Source: Sneathiella sp. (lineage in GTDB: Bacteria > Pseudomonadota > Alphaproteobacteria > Sneathiellales > Sneathiellaceae). Taken from it: 64,000 nt of DNA. The DNA is taken from NCBI GenBank assembly GCA_036960695.1, contig JBALXM010000002.1, positions 32,642 through 96,641 on the forward strand, written 5' to 3'. The notes under the pieces were generated by a model. That model worked only from the letters and a program-made list of their open reading frames with translations. It ran no database searches and was not told the origin of the DNA. Below are positions 1-10,099 of this stretch, in pieces. The position numbers and the translations under genes are program-made. Positions within the stretch are counted from its first letter, which is position 1. Every line of letters starts with the position of its first letter.

Positions 1-56
1 GAGCGAGAGAATAATTCCAGTTAGTGTGTGATGGGGTTGGTTTGGGGCTATATCAC

Positions 57-755
57 ATGAAAAATATTTTACGTCTTTGCTCAGTGTCGCTTTTACCAAT
101 ATTCATCGCTTCTTGCCAGACGACGTCGAATGTCGGTGACGGCGATATTTACTTTTTTAGAGATAATTTTGTAGCTTCTTATAACAGTTATATTGCAGCC
201 ATAGACGATTACCCTCACCATTCATTCGCGTTTGTTTATGATAAAAAAAGCGGCGCTTTCGGTTGGCAAGGTCGTCCTTCACAGAATGGTATCAATTACG
301 CGATTGATACGGCTATAAAAGGGTGTCAGAAAAACGACAAAGATAGAAACTGTCAGATCTTTGATCTGAATGGTCGAGTTGTTTGGAAAGGTTTAAACGA
401 AGAGCGGAAGCAAGAACTTGTGTCTTATGCCCATCGTGGTTTAAAGGGCAGAGAGAATAAAGTTGTTAAATTTTCATCTGAAGTTGTGACTGTCGGTGTT
501 GCACAAAAAAAGAAATATAAGTCCTATTTAAGCAGGCAGGGTAATTTTGATCATACCGCTTTCTTTGTAAGTGCTAATGGAAATTCCGCAGGCGAAGCAT
601 ATAGCTATGGTACTTCCACTACCTCGTATACCCTAACCATAAGGAACGCACTGAAGTCGTGCCAATTACAATCAGAGACGTCTAAATGTTATTTATTCGC
701 GGCGAATGGCAAACCTGTAAATTCGGCAGCAAGTGAAGCACTAGAGAAAAAATAG
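57..755 (+). CDS. Hypothetical lipoprotein with two internal Cys-containing repeats
   Basis: ATG at 57 gives MKNILRLCSVSLLPIFIASC with a lipobox-like IASC. Two similar modules: FAFVY..G...AIDTAIKGCQ...NCQIFDLNGRVV and AFFVS..G...IRNALKSCQ...KCYLFAANGKPV. Confidence 0.6.
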   Translation: MKNILRLCSVSLLPIFIASCQTTSNVGDGDIYFFRDNFVASYNSYIAAIDDYPHHSFAFVYDKKSGAFGWQGRPSQNGINYAIDTAIKGCQKNDKDRNCQIFDLNGRVVWKGLNEERKQELVSYAHRGLKGRENKVVKFSSEVVTVGVAQKKKYKSYLSRQGNFDHTAFFVSANGNSAGEAYSYGTSTTSYTLTIRNALKSCQLQSETSKCYLFAANGKPVNSAASEALEKK

Positions 756-771
756 CACGATTTAATGCGCT

Positions 772-1314
772 TTATTCGTCCTCAATCAAATGGCGTTTCA
801 TGATGGGGATTTGGGTGGCTAGGAAGACGGCGTTGAGGCCAAGGATGCCGTATACGCGAAAGGCTACCCACATATCTGTGGAGACGGAATAGCGAACCAC
901 CTCATTTGTGATGGCGATAGCGATTAGAAATAGACCGAGCCGGATTGTAAGTTTCTTCCAGCCTTCATCATCCACATCCAACATTTGACCAAAAACCATA
1001 CGCAGCAGGGACTGTTTCCAAAACAGCCCAAGAAGTAAAGCAATGCCGCAAAGGGCATTGGTAAGGGTTACTTCAATCTTGATAAATTCTTCATCCCCTA
1101 AAAACAGAGTCAGACCGCCAAAGATAAGAACAAAAACTAAAGAAACACTGGGTAGGATCGGAATTTTTCGAGCCATGACCCAAGAGACACCAAACGAGAT
1201 AATCAAGGAGACAAGCAGAACACCCGTGGCGACAAAAATATCGTAGAGTTCATCAGCCACAAAAAACAAGATCAAGGGCCCAAGATCGATGCCTAGTTTA
1301 ATCATGGGAGACAT
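772..1314 (-). CDS. yciB: Inner membrane protein YciB/IspZ (intracellular septation protein A)
   Basis: DLGPLILFF N-terminus, FIKIEVT, WKKLTIR..F, WVAFRVYG pattern, about 5 TM segments. Start placed at ATG 1314. Confidence 0.8.
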   Translation of the reverse strand: MSPMIKLGIDLGPLILFFVADELYDIFVATGVLLVSLIISFGVSWVMARKIPILPSVSLVFVLIFGGLTLFLGDEEFIKIEVTLTNALCGIALLLGLFWKQSLLRMVFGQMLDVDDEGWKKLTIRLGLFLIAIAITNEVVRYSVSTDMWVAFRVYGILGLNAVFLATQIPIMKRHLIEDE

Positions 1315-1756
1315 ATTGTCCCCAGTATTAGCCGTCTTCTTGTCCATTCCCGGTTACTCCAGTTATTCTTTTAATTAGGTATCAGAAATAATAAATACGA
1401 AAATAGGCTATATTTATTATCATTTTAATAACACAGTTAAAACGTCAATAAAATAAAATATGGGCTCGGGACCTAACCTGTTTCTAATGTAGCTCATAGA
1501 TGAGGGTAAATAGCAGGTATATTTCAAAAGAGCTCTTTTCATAGCGTCGGAAATGAATAATAAACGTCATTTTTTGAGAAGCTAGACAGCTTTAAATGAC
1601 TTCGGACTTTAAAAGTGGCAAAGTAGGGTTATATTAAGTTTGTTGAAAGAATCAGCAGGCAGACTTCTAGTATATTTCAAATTAAACAAAGTAAAACCAG
1701 TGGTTAATTGGTACTTATCATGTGCCGTTATTATGAATACTATAAGGAAATGTCGA

Positions 1757-2848
1757 ATGCGCCGGGTCATTGTTGCTTTTCAATTTGTCTTTATACTTCT
1801 TTTTGTGACGGCTTGTGGCGATCCACCAGCGGCCGTGGTTGAAGATATTCGATCCGTGAAAACTTTTACCGTTTCCAAAAACACTGACGGCAATGTGCGC
1901 CATTTTTCAGGGCAAATAATCGCGGCTGACTCCGCTAACTTAAGCTTCCCTGCAGCGGGAACTGTGTTTGAAGTTCTTGTTTCCAATGGGGATAAAGTTG
2001 TCGCAAATCAAAAGCTTGCTGTAATGGATGATGTATCTTTTAAATTGGATGTGGAAGCCTCACAAGCAGAACTTCGTAAAGCTGAATCCACGGCGAACGA
2101 GAAAACCGGAGAATTTAATCGGTCAAAAACATTGTTCGATAAAGGATGGGTAAGTAAAGCAGCTCTGGATCAGGCTCAATTTGCAATGAATGCAGCACAG
2201 GAAGAAGTGAGTTATAAAACTTCCTTGCTCAATCTGACCAAGCGGACCCTCGATGATAGCACCTTGCGAGCCCCTTATGATGGCATTGTTGGAAACCGCT
2301 TGGTGGAGCCAAACGAACAGGTTGCTGCGGGCGCACCAGTCCTAATTCTTGATGCCATTGGCGCAATGGAAATACCTATTTCAGTTCCTGAAAAAATCAT
2401 ATCAAAACTAACTATGGGAATGCCGGCGAAAGCGAAATTTAGTGTATTGCCAGGGCTTGAAGTCGAAGGTCGAGTGACAGAAATTTCGCGGGTGGCCGGG
2501 GCTGGAAATGTGTTTCCAGTTAAAGTCAGACTGACTAATCCACCGTCAAAATTGCGAGCTGGTATGAGCGGTGATGTGGCTATTACTACTCTAAGTGATG
2601 ATCCGGAATTTGGTTTTCTTATTCCCTTATCCGCAGTGGCGGCAACTGAGGATATGAAAGGGGGGTATGTTTTTGTGTTCGACCCAAACTCCTCAACTCT
2701 TCGGAAAGTTGTTATTGAATCGAAAACCGCGAGGACTAATTTTATTGGCGTTAAAGGCGTGGATGCCGGGGACTTGGTCGTCTCGGCGGGTGTGTCTTTC
2801 CTTTCTGATGGGCAAAAAGTAAAATTGATGAGTAATACTGCTCAATAA
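1757..2848 (+). CDS. RND efflux periplasmic adaptor (MFP) subunit, lipoprotein
   Basis: Lipobox VTAC, lipoyl/hairpin pattern (GDKV..NQKLA, LRAPYDGIV), directly upstream of an RND permease. AAGGA precedes ATG 1757. Confidence 0.9.
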   Translation: MRRVIVAFQFVFILLFVTACGDPPAAVVEDIRSVKTFTVSKNTDGNVRHFSGQIIAADSANLSFPAAGTVFEVLVSNGDKVVANQKLAVMDDVSFKLDVEASQAELRKAESTANEKTGEFNRSKTLFDKGWVSKAALDQAQFAMNAAQEEVSYKTSLLNLTKRTLDDSTLRAPYDGIVGNRLVEPNEQVAAGAPVLILDAIGAMEIPISVPEKIISKLTMGMPAKAKFSVLPGLEVEGRVTEISRVAGAGNVFPVKVRLTNPPSKLRAGMSGDVAITTLSDDPEFGFLIPLSAVAATEDMKGGYVFVFDPNSSTLRKVVIESKTARTNFIGVKGVDAGDLVVSAGVSFLSDGQKVKLMSNTAQ

Positions 2849-2877
2849 AAGCACGATGGCCTAAGAGGGGGAGCGGT

Positions 2878-5800
2878 ATGTCAATTATTACAGAATTTGC
2901 CATTAAGAATTCGCGCATTACCATAATGACGGTTCTTATGATTATCTTAGCAGGGGTTTACACCTTCTTGAGCTATCCAAGCCGAGAAGATCCATCGATT
3001 ACAATTCGCGTGGCCAATGTAACAACACAATTCCCGGGGATGTCACCGGAGCGGATTGAGGCGCTTATAACGCGCCCAATCGAAGAAAAAATTCGAGAAA
3101 TTCCTCAAGTTAAACATATTGAATCTGACTCTAAAACTGGTGTGTCTCTGGTCAAAGTGACATTGAATGATGATATCTTTGATTTGCTCCCGGTCTGGCA
3201 AGATCTGCGCGACAAAATGTCTGATGTTACATCAAGCTTACCAAAAGGGACGATGGCACCGGCTGTAAACGATCAGGTTGGGCTCACGGCTGTGGCGACA
3301 ATTGCCCTGTGGGCTGATGGGTTTTCGTTGTCAGAGATGAAGGATGTTGCAAAAACACTGAGCGAACGACTGTATACACTTGATGGCATTAAGAAAATTG
3401 AACGATTTGGTGAGCAAGACGAGCGTATCTACCTTGATTTTAATCGGGCTCAGATAACGCAATATGGGATCGATATTAATTCGATTATAAAGACACTTCA
3501 AACGCAGAATATTATCCTGCCCGGGGGAGATATTAACGCCGCAGGACAAACCGTTGTGCTTGAACCATCGGGTAACTTCAATTCTGTAGCTGATATTGAA
3601 CAGGTGCTTATTGAAATCCCAGATACTGACAATGTAGCAAATTTAAGTGATCTGGTAACAGTGCGCCGGGGATATATAGACCCGCCTCGGATGCCTGTAT
3701 ATTATAACGGAAAACCTGCCATTGTTCTCAGCCTTTCTATTGCAGACGGCATTAACAGTGTCGCTTTTGGGAAAAAACTAAAACTTAAAGTGCATCAATT
3801 GCAAAAGAATCTTCCTTGGGGATATGTTCTCGATTTTGCAACTTTCCAGCCGGACCTTGTGGATGCGTCGGTCAATAGTGCTGTGAATAACCTGTACCAG
3901 ACACTGGCCATCGTCTTGTTTGTCGTCATGCTGTTTCTTGGGGTTCGAACAGGTTTGATCGTTGGCTCTTTCGTACCTATCACAATGCTATTAAGCATTA
4001 TTATCATGCGTCAATTTGATGTGGAATTACAACGGGTATCAATTGCCGCCTTGATCATTGCACTGGGAATGCTTGTGGATAACGGTATCGTCATCGCTGA
4101 AGATATCAAAACCCGTTTCAGCAATGGGGAAGAGCGGGTTAAAGCTGCAATTAACTCTGGTAAGACACTCGCAATACCACTTCTGACTTCATCCCTGACA
4201 ACGATCCTTTTTTTCGTCCCCATGGCACTTGCAGAAGGTGGGGCGGGTGAATTTACAGCGTCCTTAGCGCAAGTTGTGACTATAGTTCTGCTATCTTCGT
4301 GGTTTTTATCACTCTTCCTGACGCCTGCGGTTTGCGTGGCCTTTATGAAAGTCCCTGCCTTGAAAGAGGGGGAGACTGAGCCACAAAAATCAGCCTCTCT
4401 AATTTTGCTTAATAAGGGGTATGAAGGGGTTCTAAACGCAATCCTTCGGTTCAAATACGCGTTCATGGTTTTGATGCTCCTATTGTTAGTCACTGCAGGG
4501 TATGGATTTACTTTTTTGGGGAAAGAATTCTTTCCTCTCGGGGATAGAAACCAGTTTTTGGTTTATATTGATTTGCCTGCAGGGACTTCAATCAAGAAAA
4601 CCGACGAAGTTGTAAAACGGCTGGGCAGTTGGTTGTCGGATGAATCTGCAAATCCAGAAATTGCCAACAATATCGCCTATACAGCGAATGGTGGCCCTCG
4701 GTTTTTCTTATCCCTTGCCTCAATGGATCCTGACCCACATCGTGCTTTTTTCGTGGTCACCACAAAGTCACCCGATACCGTCGATAAGATGGTGTTCCAA
4801 ACGCGAAATTACATTCTGGATAACCTGCCAGAAGTGCGGGGCGAAGCTAAGAAAATGTGGATGGGAGCCTCTGAAGCTGGTTTGTTCGAGTTACGGATAA
4901 TCGGAACGGATGCCTTGGAATTGCGCCAAAAAGCAGATCAAATTGTCCAAACCATAAAAGATATTCCAGGTACACTTGTGTCTAAGCAAAATTGGGAAAA
5001 TCCAATTTTGAAACTAAATATTGAAATCGATCAAGCCCGGGCAAGAACTGTCGGGGTCACATCCGAAGACGTGGCGAATGCATTAAATACATACTATTCA
5101 GGCGAAAATATTACCGATTACCGGGAAAGAGATTTGGTTATCCCAGTCACATTACGGTCTGGTGATGTTGGGCGAGGGACCTTGACCGGGTTACAGGATC
5201 TGACCGTTTATTCTTCTGAGACGGGGAAATGGATATCACTCGGACAACTTACGGACATTCGCGGAAAGTGGGAGAATGCACGCATAAAAAGGCGAGATCA
5301 GGAGAGAACCATCACGGTGACGGCAAAGCATGAAACCATGGCGGCCGTTGAGCTTTTTGATATTCTGTTGCCCGGTCTGAATGATTTAGAAATGAAGGAA
5401 GGGCATCGTTGGGAGGTTGGGGGCGAAGTTGAATCTCAAGCCGAAGCAAATGAAAAGCTTTTTGAAAATCTACCTATTTGCCTTGCGTTAATTGTAGTTT
5501 TGTTGGTGTGGCAATTTAATTCTTTTAGAAGACCCATCATTATTCTTCTGACCATTCCGTTGATTTTGATTGGCGCGACAATTGGATTGTTGGTCATGAA
5601 GGGTCTCTTTGGGTTTATGGTTATTTTGGGGTTTTTCAGCCTCGCAGGGATCATAATAAATAATGGTATTGTCTTGATCGACCGTATTGACAGTGAACGG
5701 GACACGGGGAGGCCTGCCTATGAAGCCCTTGTAACGGCCTGTCTTGCACGGCTGCAACCGATCTTGATTACATCCCTTACAACAGTGCTTGGGCTTCTAC

Positions 5801-5934
5801 CGCTTATTATCTCTCAGGAGCCGCTTTTTTATGCGATGGCCAGTGCGATGGCATTTGGCCTTGCTGTTGGAACGGTTTTAACCCTAGCCGTTGTGCCTGC
5901 CCTCTATGCCATATTCTTCAATATATCCCGATGA
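2878..5934 (+). CDS. RND efflux transporter permease subunit (AcrB/AcrD/AcrF superfamily)
   Basis: 1018 aa; PGMSPERIE, GMLVDNGIV and ACLARLQPILITSLTT motifs; 12-TM layout. Confidence 0.93.
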   Translation: MSIITEFAIKNSRITIMTVLMIILAGVYTFLSYPSREDPSITIRVANVTTQFPGMSPERIEALITRPIEEKIREIPQVKHIESDSKTGVSLVKVTLNDDIFDLLPVWQDLRDKMSDVTSSLPKGTMAPAVNDQVGLTAVATIALWADGFSLSEMKDVAKTLSERLYTLDGIKKIERFGEQDERIYLDFNRAQITQYGIDINSIIKTLQTQNIILPGGDINAAGQTVVLEPSGNFNSVADIEQVLIEIPDTDNVANLSDLVTVRRGYIDPPRMPVYYNGKPAIVLSLSIADGINSVAFGKKLKLKVHQLQKNLPWGYVLDFATFQPDLVDASVNSAVNNLYQTLAIVLFVVMLFLGVRTGLIVGSFVPITMLLSIIIMRQFDVELQRVSIAALIIALGMLVDNGIVIAEDIKTRFSNGEERVKAAINSGKTLAIPLLTSSLTTILFFVPMALAEGGAGEFTASLAQVVTIVLLSSWFLSLFLTPAVCVAFMKVPALKEGETEPQKSASLILLNKGYEGVLNAILRFKYAFMVLMLLLLVTAGYGFTFLGKEFFPLGDRNQFLVYIDLPAGTSIKKTDEVVKRLGSWLSDESANPEIANNIAYTANGGPRFFLSLASMDPDPHRAFFVVTTKSPDTVDKMVFQTRNYILDNLPEVRGEAKKMWMGASEAGLFELRIIGTDALELRQKADQIVQTIKDIPGTLVSKQNWENPILKLNIEIDQARARTVGVTSEDVANALNTYYSGENITDYRERDLVIPVTLRSGDVGRGTLTGLQDLTVYSSETGKWISLGQLTDIRGKWENARIKRRDQERTITVTAKHETMAAVELFDILLPGLNDLEMKEGHRWEVGGEVESQAEANEKLFENLPICLALIVVLLVWQFNSFRRPIIILLTIPLILIGATIGLLVMKGLFGFMVILGFFSLAGIIINNGIVLIDRIDSERDTGRPAYEALVTACLARLQPILITSLTTVLGLLPLIISQEPLFYAMASAMAFGLAVGTVLTLAVVPALYAIFFNISR

Positions 5935-5961
5935 ATATGGCATTTTGACGGGTCGCTTTCG

Positions 5962-6738
5962 TTACGCGACTTCTAACTCGAAACTTATGCCACAAGCGAT
6001 AAAGGAATGGGCTTTTGTTGGGTACCCATGACTACGGGCTTTTGCGAGCATTGCGGTAGGGTCATCCACCGTTAAAGATAGACTCTTAAAATGATCTTTG
6101 TGATCTGAATTGTTTTCCTCAAAGTGAATGGTTCCATAGTCCAGGATCAGACTTTGGCCGCCTTTTGAATTGGTCGTAATAGGCGTTTCAAAAAGATCAG
6201 ACCATTGGTTTGCTTTGGCATTTGGGTCAGTACATGCCATTGAGAGAGAGGTTAAGGATTTAGTTGTGTCTGTATTAATTTCCCGTTGCCAATTTTCACC
6301 AGCCCACGCGTAATTACCGAGCATATCTTTGCCACCCTTATGGTGGTCAAACTCCAACATGGTAATCCCAGTATCTTTAGGGTTGAGTTGGAGTAAATCA
6401 GCGGTATCGTCTGATCGCTCAAAAATTGGGGAAATGCCTAATCTTAAAGCGGCATTTTTACGGTCTGCCACTTCATTACAATCAAAGATCGCCATATAAC
6501 CGCCAACCCCGTCTGTACGACTTAGAAAACGGTGGACGGCTGTATTGTCTCGGGTCGGTGCGACGAGTTCGATAAAAGTACCATTTATTGCAAAAAGCGA
6601 ATTTTCCAAACCAAAATGATCCAAAGCTTCTTGATGACAGGGATTTAAACCGAAGATATTGGACAGAGATTTTTCGTCCTTTCTAATATCTAGGGTAGCC
6701 AAGCATATCTGTCGTAGGCGAATGATTTTATTATTCAC
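5962..6738 (-). CDS. VOC/glyoxalase-like domain protein
   Basis: IRLRQICL..., GLENSLFAINGTFIELVAP, RFL..GVGGYMAIF are typical of the glyoxalase-like family. Confidence 0.7.
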   Translation of the reverse strand: MNNKIIRLRQICLATLDIRKDEKSLSNIFGLNPCHQEALDHFGLENSLFAINGTFIELVAPTRDNTAVHRFLSRTDGVGGYMAIFDCNEVADRKNAALRLGISPIFERSDDTADLLQLNPKDTGITMLEFDHHKGGKDMLGNYAWAGENWQREINTDTTKSLTSLSMACTDPNAKANQWSDLFETPITTNSKGGQSLILDYGTIHFEENNSDHKDHFKSLSLTVDDPTAMLAKARSHGYPTKAHSFIACGISFELEVA

Positions 6739-6858
6739 TTATTTTTTCTCCTATGAATTTATAATGAATAATTGCTAATTCTTAGGTGTAAGGCAATAGG
6801 GTTTATATGAACTTTGAAATAGAATTTAAGGTATAGTAGGGATAAGAAGCTTGGATAT

Positions 6859-7359
6859 ATGGAGAAAAAGGTTATGCGTTGGGAAGAATTGAGAAACGAA
6901 AATTGCTCTATTGCGCGTTCTTTGTCAGTTTTAGGTGATCGTTGGACTTTGATGGTTTTGAGAGACTGTTTCGTTGGCATCAAACGCTTTGACGAGTTTC
7001 TAGCTGGCTTGCAGCTTTCAAGGACCGTTTTGACAGATCGCTTAAATAAACTTGTCGAACATAATGTGTTGGAGAAGGTTCCCTATCAGACGAGGCCAAC
7101 CCGCTATAATTACAAACTCACATCTAAAGGCTTAGCCCTGCAACCCTTAATTCTTACGATGGCGGAATGGGGGGACACCTACTATTCTGAAAATGGCGAG
7201 CCGCCGGTTATTCGGACACATCATACGTGCGAGAAAAATTTTAAAAGTATTATGGCATGTTCTGAATGCGGTGAGCCAGTTACGGCGCGAAATGTCTCCG
7301 CTTACATCAATCCAAACTGCGAAAGAGAGCCTGGAATTAGATTGCCTAAAAGGCAGTAA
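6859..7359 (+). CDS. HxlR-family winged-helix transcriptional regulator
   Basis: CSIARSLSVLGDRWTLMVLRDCF.G..RFDEF, YKLTSKG, and a C-terminal H..C...C.ECG extension. Confidence 0.9.
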   Translation: MEKKVMRWEELRNENCSIARSLSVLGDRWTLMVLRDCFVGIKRFDEFLAGLQLSRTVLTDRLNKLVEHNVLEKVPYQTRPTRYNYKLTSKGLALQPLILTMAEWGDTYYSENGEPPVIRTHHTCEKNFKSIMACSECGEPVTARNVSAYINPNCEREPGIRLPKRQ

Positions 7360-7456
7360 TTTATTGATCACCGACCAGCTTTGCGTCGGAAACAAAGCTG
7401 GCCGATAATCAATGGCATATAGTAAACTACATGCCGGGGGGACCGATAATTCTCAT

Positions 7457-8062
7457 CTACTTCTGCCGATTGATCTCGTCTTCAACGGTTCGCATATTCT
7501 CTTTTCCAAAGAACAGTTCGTCGCCCACGAAAAATGACGGGCAGCCGAATACGCCCATGGACGCAGACTTCTCTGTATTCGCTATTAGTTGGTCTTTGAC
7601 ATCTTGTTCTTGAATGCGCGCCATAATATGTGCGGCATCAAGTCCGTCTGCTGCTAAGGCGTTAGCCAAAACTTCAGGGTCGGCCACATTAAGATTTTTC
7701 TCCCACATTGCATTCATGATGCTATCAACATATTCAGGTAAAAATTTGTCCATCTCTGCAACAATAGCACCGCGCATAACTTGTACCGTATTGATGGGGA
7801 AATATTGGTTCATTCTAAAGTTGTTAAGGTCATGATCCCTAATGAAACGCTGCATTTCCAACTTTAGATATTCAGGTTTATTTTTCACATTTGCATATGT
7901 GACAAACGGTGCCTGATTATTAGTAAGCTTAAACAGACCCCCTAACAAAACTGGGAAATACTCAAATTTTGCGCCCGTTCTCTCTTCTATGCCGGGTATC
8001 AATTTGTGGCACAAATAACTGTTCGGGCTCGCAAAATCCATATGGAAATCTACTTTAGGCAT
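7457..8062 (-). CDS. 2-hydroxychromene-2-carboxylate isomerase / GST-kappa (DsbA-like) family protein
   Basis: DFHMDFASPNSYL, NQYFPINT, GVFGCPSFFVGDELFFGKE. RBS AAGGGA before ATG 8062. Confidence 0.85.
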   Translation of the reverse strand: MPKVDFHMDFASPNSYLCHKLIPGIEERTGAKFEYFPVLLGGLFKLTNNQAPFVTYANVKNKPEYLKLEMQRFIRDHDLNNFRMNQYFPINTVQVMRGAIVAEMDKFLPEYVDSIMNAMWEKNLNVADPEVLANALAADGLDAAHIMARIQEQDVKDQLIANTEKSASMGVFGCPSFFVGDELFFGKENMRTVEDEINRQK

Positions 8063-8113
8063 TATCAATTTTCCCTTGTTTTTTATTGTTGGTTTTGAGG
8101 ATTTGCATTGGTC

Positions 8114-8842
8114 TTACCATTGTTCTGTCCATGGACGTAAATCAAGCTCGAAAGTCCAAGAATCCTTTGGCTGGCTGTGAATATGCCAATAATTATCGGC
8201 AATATGGTTTGGGTCAAGGATACCTCCCTGATCTTTCAACGCGTAGCGTTCTGGAAAATTGGTTTTAATAAAGTCTGTATCGATGGCACCGTCAATGACC
8301 GTATGGGCCACATGTATTCCTATGGGCGCAAGCTCTCTTGCCATAGATTGGGCCAGCGCCCGCAGTGCATGTTTCGATCCTGAAAAGGATGCAAAATTCT
8401 GAGCGCCACGGAGACTTGCTGTCGCGCCTGTGAAAATGATAGTTCCTTTTTCCCGAGGTTTCATCCGCAAAGCGACTTCGCGGCCACATAGAAAGCCTGA
8501 AAAACAACCCATTTCCCATATTTTATAATATTTACGAGCAGTTTCTTCCAAAATGCTTGAAGGAACATTCGCGCCAATATTAAACACAAGAACTTCGATC
8601 GGACCAATTTCACTTTCAATAGTTTCCACTAGATCACTGACTTGGTCTTCTTTTCTCGCATCGCAGCCAAATGCAACTGCTTTTCCGCCCTCAGCTTCGA
8701 TTTCCTCAACGAGAAGTGATAGCTTGTCGACATGGCGCCTGACGCAGCATGTCGTATACCCTTCACGCGCAAATCTTTTTGCGATTGCGCCACCGGTTGC
8801 ATCACCAGCCCCAATAATTAACGCTACACCATTATTGAGCAT
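8114..8842 (-). CDS. SDR-family oxidoreductase
   Basis: IIGAGDATGGAIA Rossmann motif, FNIGAN, GTIIFTGATASLRG, FxxxK in place of YxxxK. RBS GGGAGA before ATG 8842. Confidence 0.88.
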   Translation of the reverse strand: MLNNGVALIIGAGDATGGAIAKRFAREGYTTCCVRRHVDKLSLLVEEIEAEGGKAVAFGCDARKEDQVSDLVETIESEIGPIEVLVFNIGANVPSSILEETARKYYKIWEMGCFSGFLCGREVALRMKPREKGTIIFTGATASLRGAQNFASFSGSKHALRALAQSMARELAPIGIHVAHTVIDGAIDTDFIKTNFPERYALKDQGGILDPNHIADNYWHIHSQPKDSWTFELDLRPWTEQW

Positions 8843-9087
8843 AATCTCTCCCATTTATCATTAATAAGAGTTTAGTTCCAAGTTTTGTAAATATCAATAG
8901 TGGACTTACTCAAGAATGGCAGAATTCAAAGCCCATTAGGGAGAACTACTGCAATGATCGATTAAGAGAATTAGTAAATTATAAGTACGGTAAATTGGTT
9001 AAAAATACAACTAATTTAGTAATAAACTAATAGATAGAATTATGAATAGAATAGGTCTTTTTAAAGGGCCAAAATTTTAGGAGTAGT

Positions 9088-9541
9088 ATGATGTTCAGGA
9101 CTATCTCGATATTAACGAGTTTGGCTGTTTTTTTGTTTGCAGGCACCGTGAATGCATAGGGTAAAAAGGATACAGTTATTTCAATAATGGAAAATGCCAT
9201 CAGCCATTTTGAAAAAATTGGCGCAGAGCAAGCTTATAAAGGCTTTTCCGTTAAAGGCCGTGAATATAACAAGGGCGAGTTCTATATTTTTGTCACAGCT
9301 TTAAACGACGGAAGCCTAACTTTTCACGGAGCAAACCCGAAGTTAGTGGGCAAGAAGTTGGGAAATTGAAAGACATAGACGGGAAATTGTTTGAGTTAGA
9401 ATTTCACGAAATTGCTAACGGCCCAGGTGAGGGTTGGGTCGATTATAAATGACTCCATCCTGAAACAAAAAAATCACTCCTAAGCAAACATTCATTAAGA
9501 AAACGGGCAATTTCTATTTTGGTATTGGATATTTGGAGTAA
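9088..9541 (+). pseudogene. Pseudogene copy of the secreted Cache-domain gene at 10100-10555
   Basis: Colinear with the intact copy but has TAG at 9157 (GAG in the intact copy), a 1-nt deletion near 9363, TGA at 9450 (TGG in the intact copy) and a 1-nt deletion in the A-run near 9470. Confidence 0.92.
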
Positions 9542-9639
9542 ATCTGAACAAATTTGATTTCAACGTAGTTTTCAAGGAATTACGGTGGTCTTGTTCATGT
9601 TTTGTTGTGGTCTCAATTTATGGTTAAAGGGGATCATGA

Positions 9640-9925
9640 GTTAGGGATCACACTCGTGGATTCTAAAAGAGTGACAGAGTTTTTCCTTATTTCTGCCATT
9701 CCTCAAATTATGCGTCGAACACATTGGCGAAAGTTCTTTTTGAGCCTGCGCATATCCTTCTGATTTTAGGCATTCAAAATGCAGAAGAATTGCCACATTC
9801 TCCTTCGAGAATTCTCGTTCCCGACTAATTAACTTTTAGGGCCGCGCAGGCCTCAATTGGGTTGCTCATTACCCGGAGTTTCTCAAGACTTTCATCATAA
9901 ACCGCTTCGTAGCCACTGGTTATGA
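9640..9925 (-). pseudogene. Truncated, internally deleted remnant of the tetR gene at 10647-11276
   Basis: Segments such as CATTGGCGAA, GCATATCCTTCTGA, CCCGGAGTTTCTCA and GACTTTCATCATAAA match 10820-11075. The HTH-coding 5' part is absent and ~140 bp of the 3' part is missing. Confidence 0.85.
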
Positions 9926-10099
9926 TGGGAGCGGCCATTAGGGAGATCTAATGCATTGTTTGATTAAAAGAATTTGAAAATATAAATGGGGAAAAATGGA
10001 TAAAGCAAACTCAATCTTAGTAAAAAATTAAGAAGTCAAAATTATGTATAGGCGGACGTTTCAGTAGCTTATTCAGTAGCTTAAAATTTTAGGAGTATT

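Larger units (their letters stand above)
8932..9925. repeat. Degenerate first copy of a head-to-tail tandem duplication (second copy ~9935-11075)
   Basis: CCATTAGGGAGA occurs at both 8932 and 9935. Homology continues through the RBS (AAAATTTTAGGAGTA), the Cache gene, the terminator and the 3' part of tetR. Confidence 0.9.

Noticed and set aside
1425-1440. Other TTAA pairs as CtrA boxes (also 25519-25534)
   Set aside because: The spacer is 8 nt rather than 7, in AT-rich sequence.
1526-1539. Perfect 14-bp palindrome AAAAGAGCTCTTTT upstream of RND operon 1
   Set aside because: Single occurrence in AT-rich DNA with no cognate regulator nearby; it cannot be assigned.
9187-9369. 60-aa ORF as a real gene
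   Set aside because: It is the stretch between the premature TAG and the frameshift inside the Cache pseudogene.
10060-10083. 12-bp tandem repeat TTCAGTAGCTTA x2 upstream of the Cache gene
   Set aside because: Only two units and absent from the paralogous upstream region; most simply a slippage event.
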